The notes: generated by a model from the sequence alone, not told the origin. Shown: positions 1-10,810, counted from the stretch's first letter. The stretch is 64,000 nt of DNA from an uncultured Armatimonadetes bacterium (GCA_963717145.1 OY970325.1:320001-384000); one strand, 5' to 3'. A program made the numbers and translations.

Positions 1-1837
1 ATGCGAATATGGTAGAGCTGACTGCGTCGTAGAAATCCGAGTTCGGTCTGGACTCATCATTTGTGGAGCGGTAGCTGTACGTCACCATTCCTTCCGCTCC
101 CGCATCCCGCGCATACTGCATCTGGATGATGTTGTTCCCGATCGAGTTCATGTATGCGCCCTGGCCTTTGGCCAGGTGTCTGCCGTGGCGATTGTCCACG
201 AAGAAATCCGTCCAGTCGCGATAGTCACGTGCCGATGTGGCAATATCCTCGTCCTTGTAGCCCATGGGTGTCAGGAGGTCCAGGATTCCCTCTTCGGCCC
301 AGGCCGGCCAGTTCTGGAAGACGTCGTTGTATGTCGATGTGTTGGTGAAATCGTACGTCGGATACAGTCTGCCTCCGCCGGTGAGGCAGGTGGACATCTT
401 GATGCCGGGCCTGATTGCCGTTGCTTCCAAATAGCACTTTCGGACCAGATCGGTCACCTGGGTGCGCCTGTAATCACACCAGTTGTCCCACTGAGCACCG
501 TTGTCACTCGCCGGCGGGTAGTAGCCGTACTCGTTGTAGAAGCGCTGCTTAGCGATATCGTTGTAGCCCCACTCCGCGCCCATGTAGCGGATGTAGTCGA
601 AGTTGAAGCCGTCGATCTCATACTTGCCGACGATGTCCTTGACGACTTCGCACACGTAGTCCTGGACTTTGGGCAGCCCGGGATCGAGGAAGTAGCTGGA
701 TCCATCATTGTTAGCGCCGGTCGTGCTCAACATCGCCCATTCAGGGTGCTGCGCCCAGATGTGAGACGGAGGTGCTGCTCCCCATGCCGGTCGCCAGATC
801 CGATATGTCACTATCCAGGCGTGGACCTCGATCCCCTCGGCGTGCGCCTTGGTGATGAGATCCGCCAGCGGATCCCACGGTGCGGGCTGTGAGATGTTCG
901 AGGCCCTCGGCTCGTACTCCGAGTCATAGTAGGCGTCGCCGGCTTTTCTGACCTCGGGTATGATGACGTTGTAGTGACTATTCTTGGCCGTGTTGACGAG
1001 TGTGGTGACCTGACTGGGGCTGAGGAACCCTTCGCCCCAGGCATCGACCCACATGGCGCGGTATTCGGGGAGAGGCGCGCTCGCCGTCGCGAACGTCAAA
1101 TCGCCGGATGCCCCGAGGTTTCCCGCGCTGTCTTCGGACTTGGCACGGTAATGATAGAGCGTGCCGGGCAACAGGTTGGTCAGATAAACTATGTGCTGAG
1201 TCACCACATCGGTGTCCTTGGTCGTCTGGCTGCCATACCCGGTCGTCAGTCCGTACTGAACCTGAGATGTCGCGGCCTCGTTCGTTGCCCATCGGATCGT
1301 GGCGGACATGTAGTCAGGTTCGGCTTGAACGCCCGAGATCACCGGTGGAGTGGTGTCAACGCCGCCCGACGCCGAGTAGAACCTGAAGGCATCGGCCATC
1401 ACGTTCTTGCCCTCTGACCCCAAGTTTGTGATCCGCGCGTATCCGCCTGTTCCGGCGAGGAATGAGTAAGTACCGACCAACAGCCACTGTCCTCCGTTGA
1501 TCTGCTGGTTGATGTAGACGTAGTTGTCGCCGCCCGCTGAGTGGATCAGGTACTCGGCCTGCGTGGGACGGTTCGTACCTGCGGGATACCACGTGTAGAC
1601 CGCCCAATCGCTCGACGTGACCGGGATGCTCGGCGTGTAAGTCGCCGTCTTGCCTCCCGAGACATTCTGGGCGCACCAGTAGTAGTCGCTGCCGTATCTT
1701 CCGGCCGCAGTCGTGCCGGTAGCCCACGTGCCGACCAACTCGGCACTTGCGTTGTCCATGATGACCTCGTTCGACGCTCCGATCGTCGGGGCCGTCAGAA
1801 TCAGGATCGCGACTATCGCAGACAGTATTCTCAGCAT
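1..1837 (-). CDS. Secreted GHL10/DUF187-family glycoside hydrolase with N-terminal Golvesin/Xly-like and FN3-like domains; 3' end lies outside the window
   Basis: Manual translation from ATG 1837 is open to the window edge: signal peptide MLRILSAIVAILILTAPTIGA, WAVYTWYPAG..ADAFRF, PEYRAMWVDAW, VRKAGDAYY, AHAEGIEVHAW, DGFNFDYIRY. Not in the ORF track because it has no stop codon in the window. Confidence 0.85.
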   Translation of the reverse strand, partial: MLRILSAIVAILILTAPTIGASNEVIMDNASAELVGTWATGTTAAGRYGSDYYWCAQNVSGGKTATYTPSIPVTSSDWAVYTWYPAGTNRPTQAEYLIHSAGGDNYVYINQQINGGQWLLVGTYSFLAGTGGYARITNLGSEGKNVMADAFRFYSASGGVDTTPPVISGVQAEPDYMSATIRWATNEAATSQVQYGLTTGYGSQTTKDTDVVTQHIVYLTNLLPGTLYHYRAKSEDSAGNLGASGDLTFATASAPLPEYRAMWVDAWGEGFLSPSQVTTLVNTAKNSHYNVIIPEVRKAGDAYYDSEYEPRASNISQPAPWDPLADLITKAHAEGIEVHAWIVTYRIWRPAWGAAPPSHIWAQHPEWAMLSTTGANNDGSSYFLDPGLPKVQDYVCEVVKDIVGKYEIDGFNFDYIRYMGAEWGYNDIAKQRFYNEYGYYPPASDNGAQWDNWCDYRRTQVTDLVRKCYLEATAIRPGIKMSTCLTGGGRLYPTYDFTNTSTYNDVFQNWPAWAEEGILDLLTPMGYKDEDIATSARDYRDWTDFFVDNRHGRHLAKGQGAYMNSIGNNIIQMQYARDAGAEGMVTYSYRSTNDESRPNSDFYDAVSSTIFA

Positions 1838-1947
1838 AAGCCTATTGCAGTATCAGCGTCACATCGTTCACATGAGTCTGCACCCAGTTGGGGTGCGAGC
1901 ATGACAAGTGCTATGAGAGTTATCACAACTGGTAACGTTTTTCTCAT
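1831..1947 (-). CDS. Putative 38-aa secreted micro-peptide (MRKTLPVVITLIALVMLAPQLGADSCERCDADTAIGLC)
   Basis: AGGAG RBS upstream; signal-peptide-like N-terminus; its stop overlaps the next ATG (ATGCTGA). Confidence 0.45.
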   Translation of the reverse strand: MRKTLPVVITLIALVMLAPQLGADSCERCDADTAIGLC

Positions 1948-2011
1948 CTGCTCTTCTCCTGCAGGTGAGCGGAAGCGGCGGGCACGGAGGCGCGGCCACC
2001 ATACGACGGGT

Positions 2012-4656
2012 TCAGCGGAATATCAGAGACAGGTTGTCCACATTGGTCTGTATCCAGTAGCTGTGCCACGGGAGCAGGGTGTTCGCACTGACGAAATCCT
2101 CAGGGAGTCCCATGTCGCACAGGGACTGGGTTTCGCTGTCCCACCAGAAGCCCACGGAGTTCAACCAGTTGTTCGATCTTGACGCAGCCAGCATAGGATG
2201 AACTTCCACGCCGTTGGTGACGAGAGTGTCAGCCCACAACTTCTCCGTGGTAAACGGATTGCCGACGATGGTCCATCCGGCTGTCGGCAATCCCACGAGG
2301 AAGTCGGCCTCGGAAGCGCCGTGGATCATCACATCCAGTTGCGGATATGCTGCATCCTCCTGAAGCCAGTATCCGTCCCCTCGCAAGATGCCGCCGAACC
2401 TCTCCGGCGACCAGGAATCGTAGATTAGCAATCCTTGTGTGCGGGCATCCCACAGGTATAGTCGCCCGTCGATCGGAACCGACCCGAACGTGCTCGACGG
2501 CGAGGCCTCGAGGGGGGAACCTGGAATCGTCAGCAGACCCCACCCGGCCGGCATGGTGTTCGCCGGTGCATGGATCATCACGCCCGGGTCTGGGAGGATG
2601 TCGCTCTGGTTCCGCGGCAGCAGAACGCTGTGATGACCGCCGGAAATGCTCTCAATACTGCTTATGCCTCGGATGCGCACGTATGAGTTGAATGGTGGTG
2701 GAGCCAGCGAGTTACCATCCGCAAGATCCGAATACCGTACCCGCAGTCCCGCAGTGACGGTTCCATCCCTGACGCAGCCGCCATCGTCCACATAGAAGAA
2801 CTTGGCCAGTTCATCTACGGCGGTGACCTTGCCCACAGTTTCGATCAGGAGGCTCGTCTTGCTGATGTCCGCACCGGAAAGCGGCAGGTTCGGTGATGCA
2901 GCCGCCAGGTCGCGCCCCCTCATCTCGATCGGTTCCACGACGCCGACATCGGTCTCAACGGTGTAGACCAGAGGATTTACGATTCGTCGCTCGCCGCCCG
3001 ACGTGGTTCCAAGCGCGCCGTAGACTCTCACGATATCTCCCGGTTGCACCAGCACGTCGGAATCAATCGGCAGTTCGACCATGATTCCGGCGGCACGGTC
3101 CGGATCCTCGATGTAGAACTTGTCCAGGAGCTGGTTGTTTCCCGCAGTCACCGTCATCTGCGGCAGGGCGACTCCGACGCCATCTGCCAACTGCTTCGCT
3201 GCCGAGATGCTCGCCGCATCGACTCCGGATGCCAGGAAGTCCAAGGTCTGGATAGCCCCGCCTACGATCGTCACGGGCTTGGTCTGGGTGTATGAGCCCT
3301 TGGTGGCCGTGATGTTGTAGTCCCCCGGTGCGAGATTCATGTAGGCATAGAATCCCGTGCTGTCACCATAGGTCCCATATCCGCTGCCTCCGCCTGCCGG
3401 GATCACGGATATCCATGTGGTATCGACTCCGGCGCCCTGGAGGGTATCGATTATCCGTCCCTTGATATGGCCCACAGCCGTCGAAGTCTTCCAGGGCATG
3501 TCGGGCAGTCCTACCGGCTGTGTGAATACCTGCGAGGTCAGCGAGGAATAGAAACTCGGCTCGTCATCGAGCGAGGTGTTCGGGTCGCCGGCGTACGTGA
3601 AGCCATACCTGTAGACCCCGATCCCCTTGGCGCCATTTGTGCGCGCCAGGCCCATCTGAGTCATACTATTGGTGACAGTATTTAGATACGACCCTTGCAG
3701 AACATAGGTGTGTCTCGATCCGCCGTTCGCCACACAGTCGCCGACGCGAGTGATGAAAGTCGTGTTGCTTGTCGTGTAGATCATCGGATGGTTGCAGTCG
3801 AGGATCCCGCCGATCATCCATGAGCGCCAGTCCTGGAATGCGGCGTTGTAGGCGTCTGGTCTGTTTCCGATCGTTGCCGCACCGATCACGAGTTGAGGCT
3901 TGACTGCCATGGCATTAGCGTATACCTTGCGCACGAAATGAGTTATCTGCTCTCGGCGCCAAGCCGACCACAGGCCATCGGTATTGCTGGGGACGTAGGT
4001 TCCCGCGTAGCCGTACCTCTCTCGGAATCTCTGCAGAGCGGTGTCATTGTAGCCTGCGTTCGACGAAGGATAGCGAATGTAGTCGAAGACCAGGCCGTCG
4101 ATAGGATAGTGGAGTACCAGGTCCATAGCCGTATTGTAGTTCCACTCAGCCGCCCGCGGATGGCCGGGATCCGTGTAGTATCCTTCGCCTGAGTACAGTG
4201 TGCCTCCCGAGATGGTCTCGGTCAGCCAGTCCGGATGGCGATTCATGAGGTGGTCGGATTCGGGATCCGGGATGCTGCTCGCGATCCGCTCTGCCACGAC
4301 CCATGCGTGGACCTGGATGCCCTCCGCGTGGGCCTGTGTGCACAGATCGAGAAGGGGATCGTAATCGAGGGCAACTTCTGCCTCCGGTGGTCGGATATCA
4401 CGATTGGGGCGGGTGGGGAAGTAGTAAGCATCGCCGGTCTTGCGTATCTGTGCGGCGATGACATTGCAGTTGGAGAGCTTGGCCCGGTCTACCAACTCAC
4501 TGACCTCGTTGGCGTTCTTGAAGCCGGGACCCAGGCGAACGCCCACAGCGCACGGTGCTCGGGGGCCTGCTGTGCGCTCGCCGGCACGGACACCGCCAGT
4601 GCGGTGGCAATGACAAGCACTATCAGCGCGGCTCTGATTGTTGCTCCCATTCCCAT
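2012..4656 (-). CDS. Secreted GHL10-family glycoside hydrolase with carboxypeptidase-regulatory-like domain, OB-fold-like repeats and a conserved C-terminal module; one frameshift near 4531
   Basis: The real N-terminus MGATIRAALIVLVIATALAVSVPASAQQAPEHRALWAFAW is in a different frame and joins GPGFKNANEV if one G is added to TGGGT. Motifs QIRKTGDAYY, AHAEGIQVHAW, DGLVFDYIRYP. Confidence 0.85.
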
Positions 4657-4888
4657 AGTTTGACCCAGGTGTGAAGGCACGTGCTGCCTGATCGAACGCA
4701 AAAAGACCAATGCCGGGCAACTTCTCATGGGCCGTCCAGGGGGGCTGAACCGGGGTGCGCTTACTGCCCAAACAGCTCGGAGAACGGCGAATGTCAAAGG
4801 CCCACTACTTCCACCACCCGGAGACGGGTCTCAGAATTGACATAATGTAGCCGGACAGCGACCAACGTCCGACTAACCGCGCACTTCA

Positions 4889-4917
4889 AGTATACCCCCA
4901 AAACGTCGGATTGTCAA
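4889..4917 (-). promoter_or_regulatory. Sigma70-type promoter for the GHL10 genes
   Basis: Minus strand TTGACA-17 nt-TATACT. Confidence 0.7.
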
Positions 4918-5246
4918 GAAAACGTCACAAAACAGGTAATTGTGCCTATTCCCGTCGTTGCGCATGTCGGTTATCATCGAACAAGGATTCTCTGACCCAT
5001 GGGGTCCGGGCCGGCGCAGACGAACGATAGGTCACCTGCTTCCCGGTATAATTACCAGTTTTTTGACAATGTGTCGCCAGAATCATGCAGATGTAGTATA
5101 ATGGGCGTGTACGCCGTGCGAACCCCAGAAAGACAAGCGTCTGTCGGAGTAACCTGCCGATCGTCCCTGTCGCGCGGAGGCCTATCTTGCAGCAGGTTCA
5201 AGAACGATAACCATCGAAGAATGGGATGAATGAGGAGGGGGATGGG

Positions 5247-8200
5247 ATGAAGGTCATACGGGTCTGCGTCCTGGTAGCCCTACTGCTGGGTCTAGTTGCT
5301 TCCGCCAACGCCAAGATTGTTGTGTATGAGCCCGTCGGCTGGGCTCAAAGCAGCCTTGCAAAGGTATCCTATCGCCTCAACTCCGGCGCAGCGCTTGTAA
5401 CCGTTACCATTCGTGCGGCTGATGAGAACGGCAACCCTGTCGGTCCGCCCGTGCAATCCGAAACGTACTACGAGGAGGCCAGGGGTTACCACGAGCGGTT
5501 TTACTACGGTCTTGCCCCGAACACGTATGTTGCCACGATTGTCGCGAGCGGCAATACCGAGAGCCAGTGGCATCCGATCGAAGGCATCTACAAGTTCGAT
5601 GAGCCCACGATCGAGTACCCACCGCCCAATCCCACCGCCCCCGACATCGAAGGCTGGTATGGTATAGCAATCAACACGAGATCAGCCAGCCCGTATTTCG
5701 GCTACACCTACGTGCCTCACAAGAGCTATCAGGACATCTACGTCTATCGCGGCGACGGCTCGTTTGTTCGCACCGCGAACGACGCCGGCATATACTGGGG
5801 TGCAAGTGCTCCGTGGGACGCATCCGTCGCCGGAGATGACTACGTCTATGTGAGCGATCGAAGCAACAAGTTTGTCTACTGCTTCAAACCGGACGGCAGC
5901 GGGTTCGAATCTGTCTCGCCCGGTGTCACCTATTCGAGAGGCATCTACGCGCGCACGGACGCCGGGGTAACCCACGTGTATGTGTCGGGCGGATTCGGCG
6001 ACGTCTACGAGATCACACTGCAGTCGGATCACACCACATGGGGGACGCCGGCCGTAATCGCTACTCTCGGTACCGGTCTTAGTGACGACAACTTCAAGAT
6101 CGGTGGACTGTGGGTGAACTCATCCGGTGACATCATGTACGTCTGCTACGACGGCAAGGTGCACAAACTCGTCAAATCCGCAGGAGTCTGGACTCAGGCG
6201 GCTTCTCCATGGCCAGTAGCCATTACCGCGTGCTGGGATATCGACATGTCGCCCGACGGAACCAAGCTGTGGGTATCCGCCAACACCGAGTACAATCCAC
6301 CTGCGAGCTACGTCGTGTACCAGATCAACCCGTCGACCGGCGCCGTCACTCCGATGGCCTATGATACCGTCACCTGGGGGCACATGGTTAAGACTGACGC
6401 TGTGGGGAATGTGGCCTTCACATACGGGAAATCCACTCCCACGTGGGCGCAATACTACTGGGCGACTTTCACGGAATCTGGCGGATCGAGTTACGAGACG
6501 AAGACCAATGTTTTCTCCACGACCGGTGATCATCTCCCCGTGATGACATACTATGCAATGCAGCCGACGAGTGTGCCCGGAGACAACGCTACCACCTCCA
6601 CTCTGACAGCCTGGGTCTATGACGGGGCCGGCTGGGACGATCTGCAGCAGATCACGGTAGATCTGGATGCTGTTGGGATCTCTGAGGACATCACCAGCAC
6701 GGATAGAGAAAGAGGCATGAGCGATCCTTCCGGCAAGACCGCCATATTCACGGTCACGGGTCTGAAGGCCGCGGTTGGGGCCAGGGTTGCCACACACGAG
6801 CTTCCCATCACGATCTCGGACACCGTCGGTTCGGTCAACGACTCCGTCATGCTGGGTGTTACAGGAACCACGCTGACCTTCACTGTCAGGCACAACGAAA
6901 CAAACAGACCGATTCCTAACGCCTTTGTGCGGGCGGTGGGAGGCATGTCGGGCCTGCCCGGGTACCCCTATGAGTATGTATCGCCGCTGACAGGCTCGAA
7001 CGGTGTCACCACCCTTCCGCTCAGCCAGGGAACATATGACGTTCAGGCCATCAAGTCAGGATACGGCAGCCTATCCGCTGTTCAGGTCGTTGTGGGATCG
7101 AATCCCACGTCTGTCGATCTCTATGTTCGAGCCTGCACGGTTGCAGAGGCGAGGGCGCTCCCGGATTCGACCCAATGCAACGTCAAGGGAGTTGTCTATG
7201 CTGCGACCAGCGGGCCGTATACTCCTCCCGCTCCGCCGGCAGTTCTGGGCCTGGCTGAACGTAAGGATCTGACGAGTTACTGCTATCAATGGTATGTCTG
7301 CGATCCTAACGATCCGAGCAAGGGAATCCTGATGGTATTTCCCGTGCCTACTCTGTTCGCCTACCAGATGGACAACCCGCTGGCAATCAAATACGTCGGA
7401 CCGAGACCGCGAGTGGGGGATACGGTCAGAGTTACAGGCATGCTCGCCACGCCGGGAGGACACGAGCGGCGAGTTCGAGTTGACACGACCCTTGCGAACG
7501 CGAGCGATGTGTACTCCAACTCTGGCAACATTGGCGGGCTTCCCGTGTCACCCATGGGCATCACGATCCCTGAGTTCATGCACGGCAACATCTCTTCCCA
7601 CCCGTCGTGGGGCAGGTATTCCATGGTCATGGGTGTGCAGGTCCTGAAGAACTTCCCAGGCGGTGAGCCCTCCGGCACGGGTCTCGGCGACCCGGTTCCC
7701 TATGCGGTGATCGCCGACATGTCCGGCAATATGGCTGAGTTGGCCATAGAGACCCCTCTCACGACCGGCGCGAGCGTTTGGCCGGAACCAGGCGCCACCT
7801 ACACTTTCCAGGGACCGATAGGTCGGAGAGCCCGGTACGGAAATGGGTGCATCAGGATCCGTGGCGCTTCCGACATGATGATGGTCGATCCCGCTGGTGG
7901 AAGGGGCGACTCCGTGGCCTCGGTACGCGATCTACCCGATGGCAGCTATGTGAACGTCGAGGGAATCGTCACCGGTATTTGGGCCACATGCTTCTTCATC
8001 GAATCGGCCGACAGAAGCAGTGGCATTCGAGTGAACTCCGACGTGCAGTACTACGTGAAACGAGGGGATATTGCCCAGGTGCAGGGCATCCTGGGCATCA
8101 CCGATGGTGAACGCGCCATCAACCCGGCCGCGCCGGTCGTCGTGCATGGGAACACGACCGTGCCCGGCGCCATAGGACTCCGAAACCGGGACCTCGGCGG

Positions 8201-9095
8201 AGCAGATGCCAGTCCGGACAACCCCGGCGTGACCGACGGACGTGGCGCTCTCAACGTGGGCCTGCTGGTCAAGACGACCGGCACTGTCACTCATTCCGGG
8301 ACGGGGTTCTTCTACCTATTCGACGGCTCAAACGATAGCGACGGGCCATACGATGACGGGTCCGGCTTCGGTGGCGTCCGAATCACAACGAATGTCATAG
8401 GGCCCTTCAACCAGCGCGTGGAGGTAACCGGAATCTCCAGTGCAGATACGTACAACGTTCCCGGCAAGACCATTCCGACGATCATGCCGAGGGATGTGCT
8501 CGACGTTGTGATCAACCCCGGGCTGACACAGGTCGCCAGTCCTCCCGGTACGATAGCGGCCGGTTGGAACCTCTTCACGGTTCCCGCGATACCTGGAAAT
8601 CCGGATCCCGCGAGCGTCCTGTCGGGCCTACCGATCGATGGAGCGCTGTACCGCTGGGAGGCGTCCACCGGCAGCCTGGTTCTCTACGATACCTGGAGTC
8701 CGGAGATGTATGGCGGCCTAACATTGGGTGATGGTCACTGGCTGCAAACCGCGGCAGCGGGCGCCATCTCATACCAGGGCCGATACCAGGCGGAGGACCA
8801 GTGGATCACATTGCCGACTGCGGGCTGGGCGCTGATTGGGCAGCCGTTCGACCACAGTATCGAGTGGGCCGACGTCATCGTCCACAACGGTAAGTCAGCA
8901 CTATCGATGTACGATGCCAGTCGTGTCGAGTTATGGTTGAACTCGATGGGGTACTGGTGGGACAGCTCGACTCAGAGCCTGTGCGATTTCGGCCTGCCTG
9001 AGGATTTCGTTACGAGTGAGACCCTCGAACCGTGGCATGGCTACTGGGTCGAGTACTATGCCGACAACCTCGCGTTGATCGTTCCGGCGAACTGA
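5247..9095 (+). CDS. Large secreted protein: beta-propeller-like region, Ig/carboxypeptidase-regulatory-like domain, OB-fold-like repeats and conserved C-terminal module
   Basis: 1289-aa ORF; signal peptide MKVIRVCVLVALLLGLVASANA after a GGAGG RBS; C-terminus clearly homologous to that of 2012..4656. Confidence 0.8.
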   Translation: MKVIRVCVLVALLLGLVASANAKIVVYEPVGWAQSSLAKVSYRLNSGAALVTVTIRAADENGNPVGPPVQSETYYEEARGYHERFYYGLAPNTYVATIVASGNTESQWHPIEGIYKFDEPTIEYPPPNPTAPDIEGWYGIAINTRSASPYFGYTYVPHKSYQDIYVYRGDGSFVRTANDAGIYWGASAPWDASVAGDDYVYVSDRSNKFVYCFKPDGSGFESVSPGVTYSRGIYARTDAGVTHVYVSGGFGDVYEITLQSDHTTWGTPAVIATLGTGLSDDNFKIGGLWVNSSGDIMYVCYDGKVHKLVKSAGVWTQAASPWPVAITACWDIDMSPDGTKLWVSANTEYNPPASYVVYQINPSTGAVTPMAYDTVTWGHMVKTDAVGNVAFTYGKSTPTWAQYYWATFTESGGSSYETKTNVFSTTGDHLPVMTYYAMQPTSVPGDNATTSTLTAWVYDGAGWDDLQQITVDLDAVGISEDITSTDRERGMSDPSGKTAIFTVTGLKAAVGARVATHELPITISDTVGSVNDSVMLGVTGTTLTFTVRHNETNRPIPNAFVRAVGGMSGLPGYPYEYVSPLTGSNGVTTLPLSQGTYDVQAIKSGYGSLSAVQVVVGSNPTSVDLYVRACTVAEARALPDSTQCNVKGVVYAATSGPYTPPAPPAVLGLAERKDLTSYCYQWYVCDPNDPSKGILMVFPVPTLFAYQMDNPLAIKYVGPRPRVGDTVRVTGMLATPGGHERRVRVDTTLANASDVYSNSGNIGGLPVSPMGITIPEFMHGNISSHPSWGRYSMVMGVQVLKNFPGGEPSGTGLGDPVPYAVIADMSGNMAELAIETPLTTGASVWPEPGATYTFQGPIGRRARYGNGCIRIRGASDMMMVDPAGGRGDSVASVRDLPDGSYVNVEGIVTGIWATCFFIESADRSSGIRVNSDVQYYVKRGDIAQVQGILGITDGERAINPAAPVVVHGNTTVPGAIGLRNRDLGGADASPDNPGVTDGRGALNVGLLVKTTGTVTHSGTGFFYLFDGSNDSDGPYDDGSGFGGVRITTNVIGPFNQRVEVTGISSADTYNVPGKTIPTIMPRDVLDVVINPGLTQVASPPGTIAAGWNLFTVPAIPGNPDPASVLSGLPIDGALYRWEASTGSLVLYDTWSPEMYGGLTLGDGHWLQTAAAGAISYQGRYQAEDQWITLPTAGWALIGQPFDHSIEWADVIVHNGKSALSMYDASRVELWLNSMGYWWDSSTQSLCDFGLPEDFVTSETLEPWHGYWVEYYADNLALIVPAN

Positions 9096-9106
9096 CGGAG
9101 AGCCGC

Positions 9107-9595
9107 TCACAGGGTTTCCCCACCAATCGGCAGTCCGGACATGCCGACGACCTTCCACGATTTCGCGGGGAAGACGAGATACCGCCTTGCGGATTCGCTC
9201 TTCAGCCTGATGGTGACCGGCCCGTCGAATACCTCACGCCTCTCGCCCCTTTGCAGAGAGGCAATCGTTACGACGCTCCGTACGTCCGCAGTATCTCCTG
9301 CTATGCTGATCCCCTCAGTCCGCAGGGATACGTCGTAGCCGTCGGACGCCCGGAACGCCTCGATCACCTGGAGACGCAATCCGTCCCGGTTGAACCCGGC
9401 GGGATCGGTGTACTCACTGGAGACGCAGGCAAGGGCATCTCTGATGCTCCTGCGCTCGATCGCTCTCTCGCCGTCCGCCAGGAGAGCGGCGATCTGCGCC
9501 TCGTCCGATGGTAGTGGCGATGAGAGCCTCTGATAGGTGAGCACGGCTCCCAGGCCAAGAACGATTGCGAGCACTATCCAGGACGACTTCCGCAT
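9107..9595 (-). CDS. Membrane-anchored NTF2/SnoaL-like protein
   Basis: N-terminal TM helix, then SDEAQIAALL..AIERRSI..CVSSEY..WKVV pattern; GGAGG RBS. Confidence 0.6.
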   Translation of the reverse strand: MRKSSWIVLAIVLGLGAVLTYQRLSSPLPSDEAQIAALLADGERAIERRSIRDALACVSSEYTDPAGFNRDGLRLQVIEAFRASDGYDVSLRTEGISIAGDTADVRSVVTIASLQRGERREVFDGPVTIRLKSESARRYLVFPAKSWKVVGMSGLPIGGETL

Positions 9596-9718
9596 TTGAG
9601 TCCCTCCGTTCCATCAGAGATCGGTTCACCTGTTTAGACGCCCTCAACCGCCCGCAAGTTCGGCATCCGCAGGAATAGCCTTGCGCACTGGGTAAAGACA
9701 CAGACAGAGGGAACTCCG

Positions 9719-10810
9719 ATGCCATTGCAGACACCAGGGGAATGGATGCCGCATATCGAGGAGATCATAGCGTCGGGCGGCGTGATCGTGGTTGTCGGCG
9801 CGGCTGACGTCGGCAAGACGTCTCTCTGCGCGATCCTGGCGAACCGCTCGCACGAGGCTGGGATTCCCACCGCCGTCGTTGATGCCGACATGGGCCAGTC
9901 AGAGATCGGGCCGCCGACCACATTCGGCATGGGCATCGTCGAATCGACCATCCGCAGCCTGAGCGACCTCCACCCGCGGGGACTCCACTTCATCGGCTCG
10001 ACCTCGCCTGTCGGGCACATTGCCGATTCGATCACGGGCGCACGGGCGCTTGTGGATCGATGCCGGGAAGTCGGGTCGAAGCAGGTGATCGTCGACACCA
10101 CCGGGCTCGTGAAGGGGTTGATCGCCCGGCAGCTCAAGACCCGCAAGATCGAGCTGCTGAGGCCGACGCACATCGTTGCCCTCCAGAGATTCGGCGAGGC
10201 GGAGCACTTCCTGCGCCTCTTCGACATCTGGAAGGACTGCACGGTCCACCGGCTGCCGGTGTCGCACCTCGCGCACCCTAAGTCCCAGACACTCAGGACG
10301 CAGCGCCGGGCGGTCAGGTTCGCCCAGTACTTTCGGGAGGCGAAGGTGATCGAGTTCCATCTCAATGACTTGGCAACCGGAAACACCTATCTTCGGACCG
10401 GCGACCCCATCCAACCCAAGTATGCCAAGTTTGCGTCGATCGCGCTCGGGACCGAGGTGATCCAAGGAGAGTTCATGGGCGGAACGGTCAGACGACCAGG
10501 CGGCATCCATCTCGTGACGACATCGGAGCACGACAGGCAAGGCGTCGAGGAACTGAAGCAGGAGTTCGGCACCTCGGCCATCGCCATCGTACCTGCGACC
10601 AAGTATGGGAATCTGGTAGTCGGCCTGATCGACGACCGGCTCCACACGCTCGCGATTGGAATACTAAGGAAGATCGATTTCCGCACGATGGTGGCGTCGG
10701 TGCTCACTCCGCTCAAATCGGTGCATATGGTCAGGGCGATCAAGTTCGGGGTCTTGAAGCTGCGTCCGGACGGCGTCGAGATCGCCCGCCTCCGCCCCGG
10801 CGAGGTCTAG
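9719..10810 (+). CDS. Clp1/Grc3/Nol9-family polynucleotide 5'-OH kinase
   Basis: Walker A GAADVGKTS, DADMGQSEIGPP, DTTG, and an Arg-rich lid (LRTQRRAVRF). Confidence 0.8.
   Translation: MPLQTPGEWMPHIEEIIASGGVIVVVGAADVGKTSLCAILANRSHEAGIPTAVVDADMGQSEIGPPTTFGMGIVESTIRSLSDLHPRGLHFIGSTSPVGHIADSITGARALVDRCREVGSKQVIVDTTGLVKGLIARQLKTRKIELLRPTHIVALQRFGEAEHFLRLFDIWKDCTVHRLPVSHLAHPKSQTLRTQRRAVRFAQYFREAKVIEFHLNDLATGNTYLRTGDPIQPKYAKFASIALGTEVIQGEFMGGTVRRPGGIHLVTTSEHDRQGVEELKQEFGTSAIAIVPATKYGNLVVGLIDDRLHTLAIGILRKIDFRTMVASVLTPLKSVHMVRAIKFGVLKLRPDGVEIARLRPGEV

Noticed and set aside
4657-4771. N-terminal extension of the 919-aa ORF as given in the ORF track
   Set aside because: The signal peptide and RALW motif are in another frame; the extension is a by-product of the frameshift near 4531.
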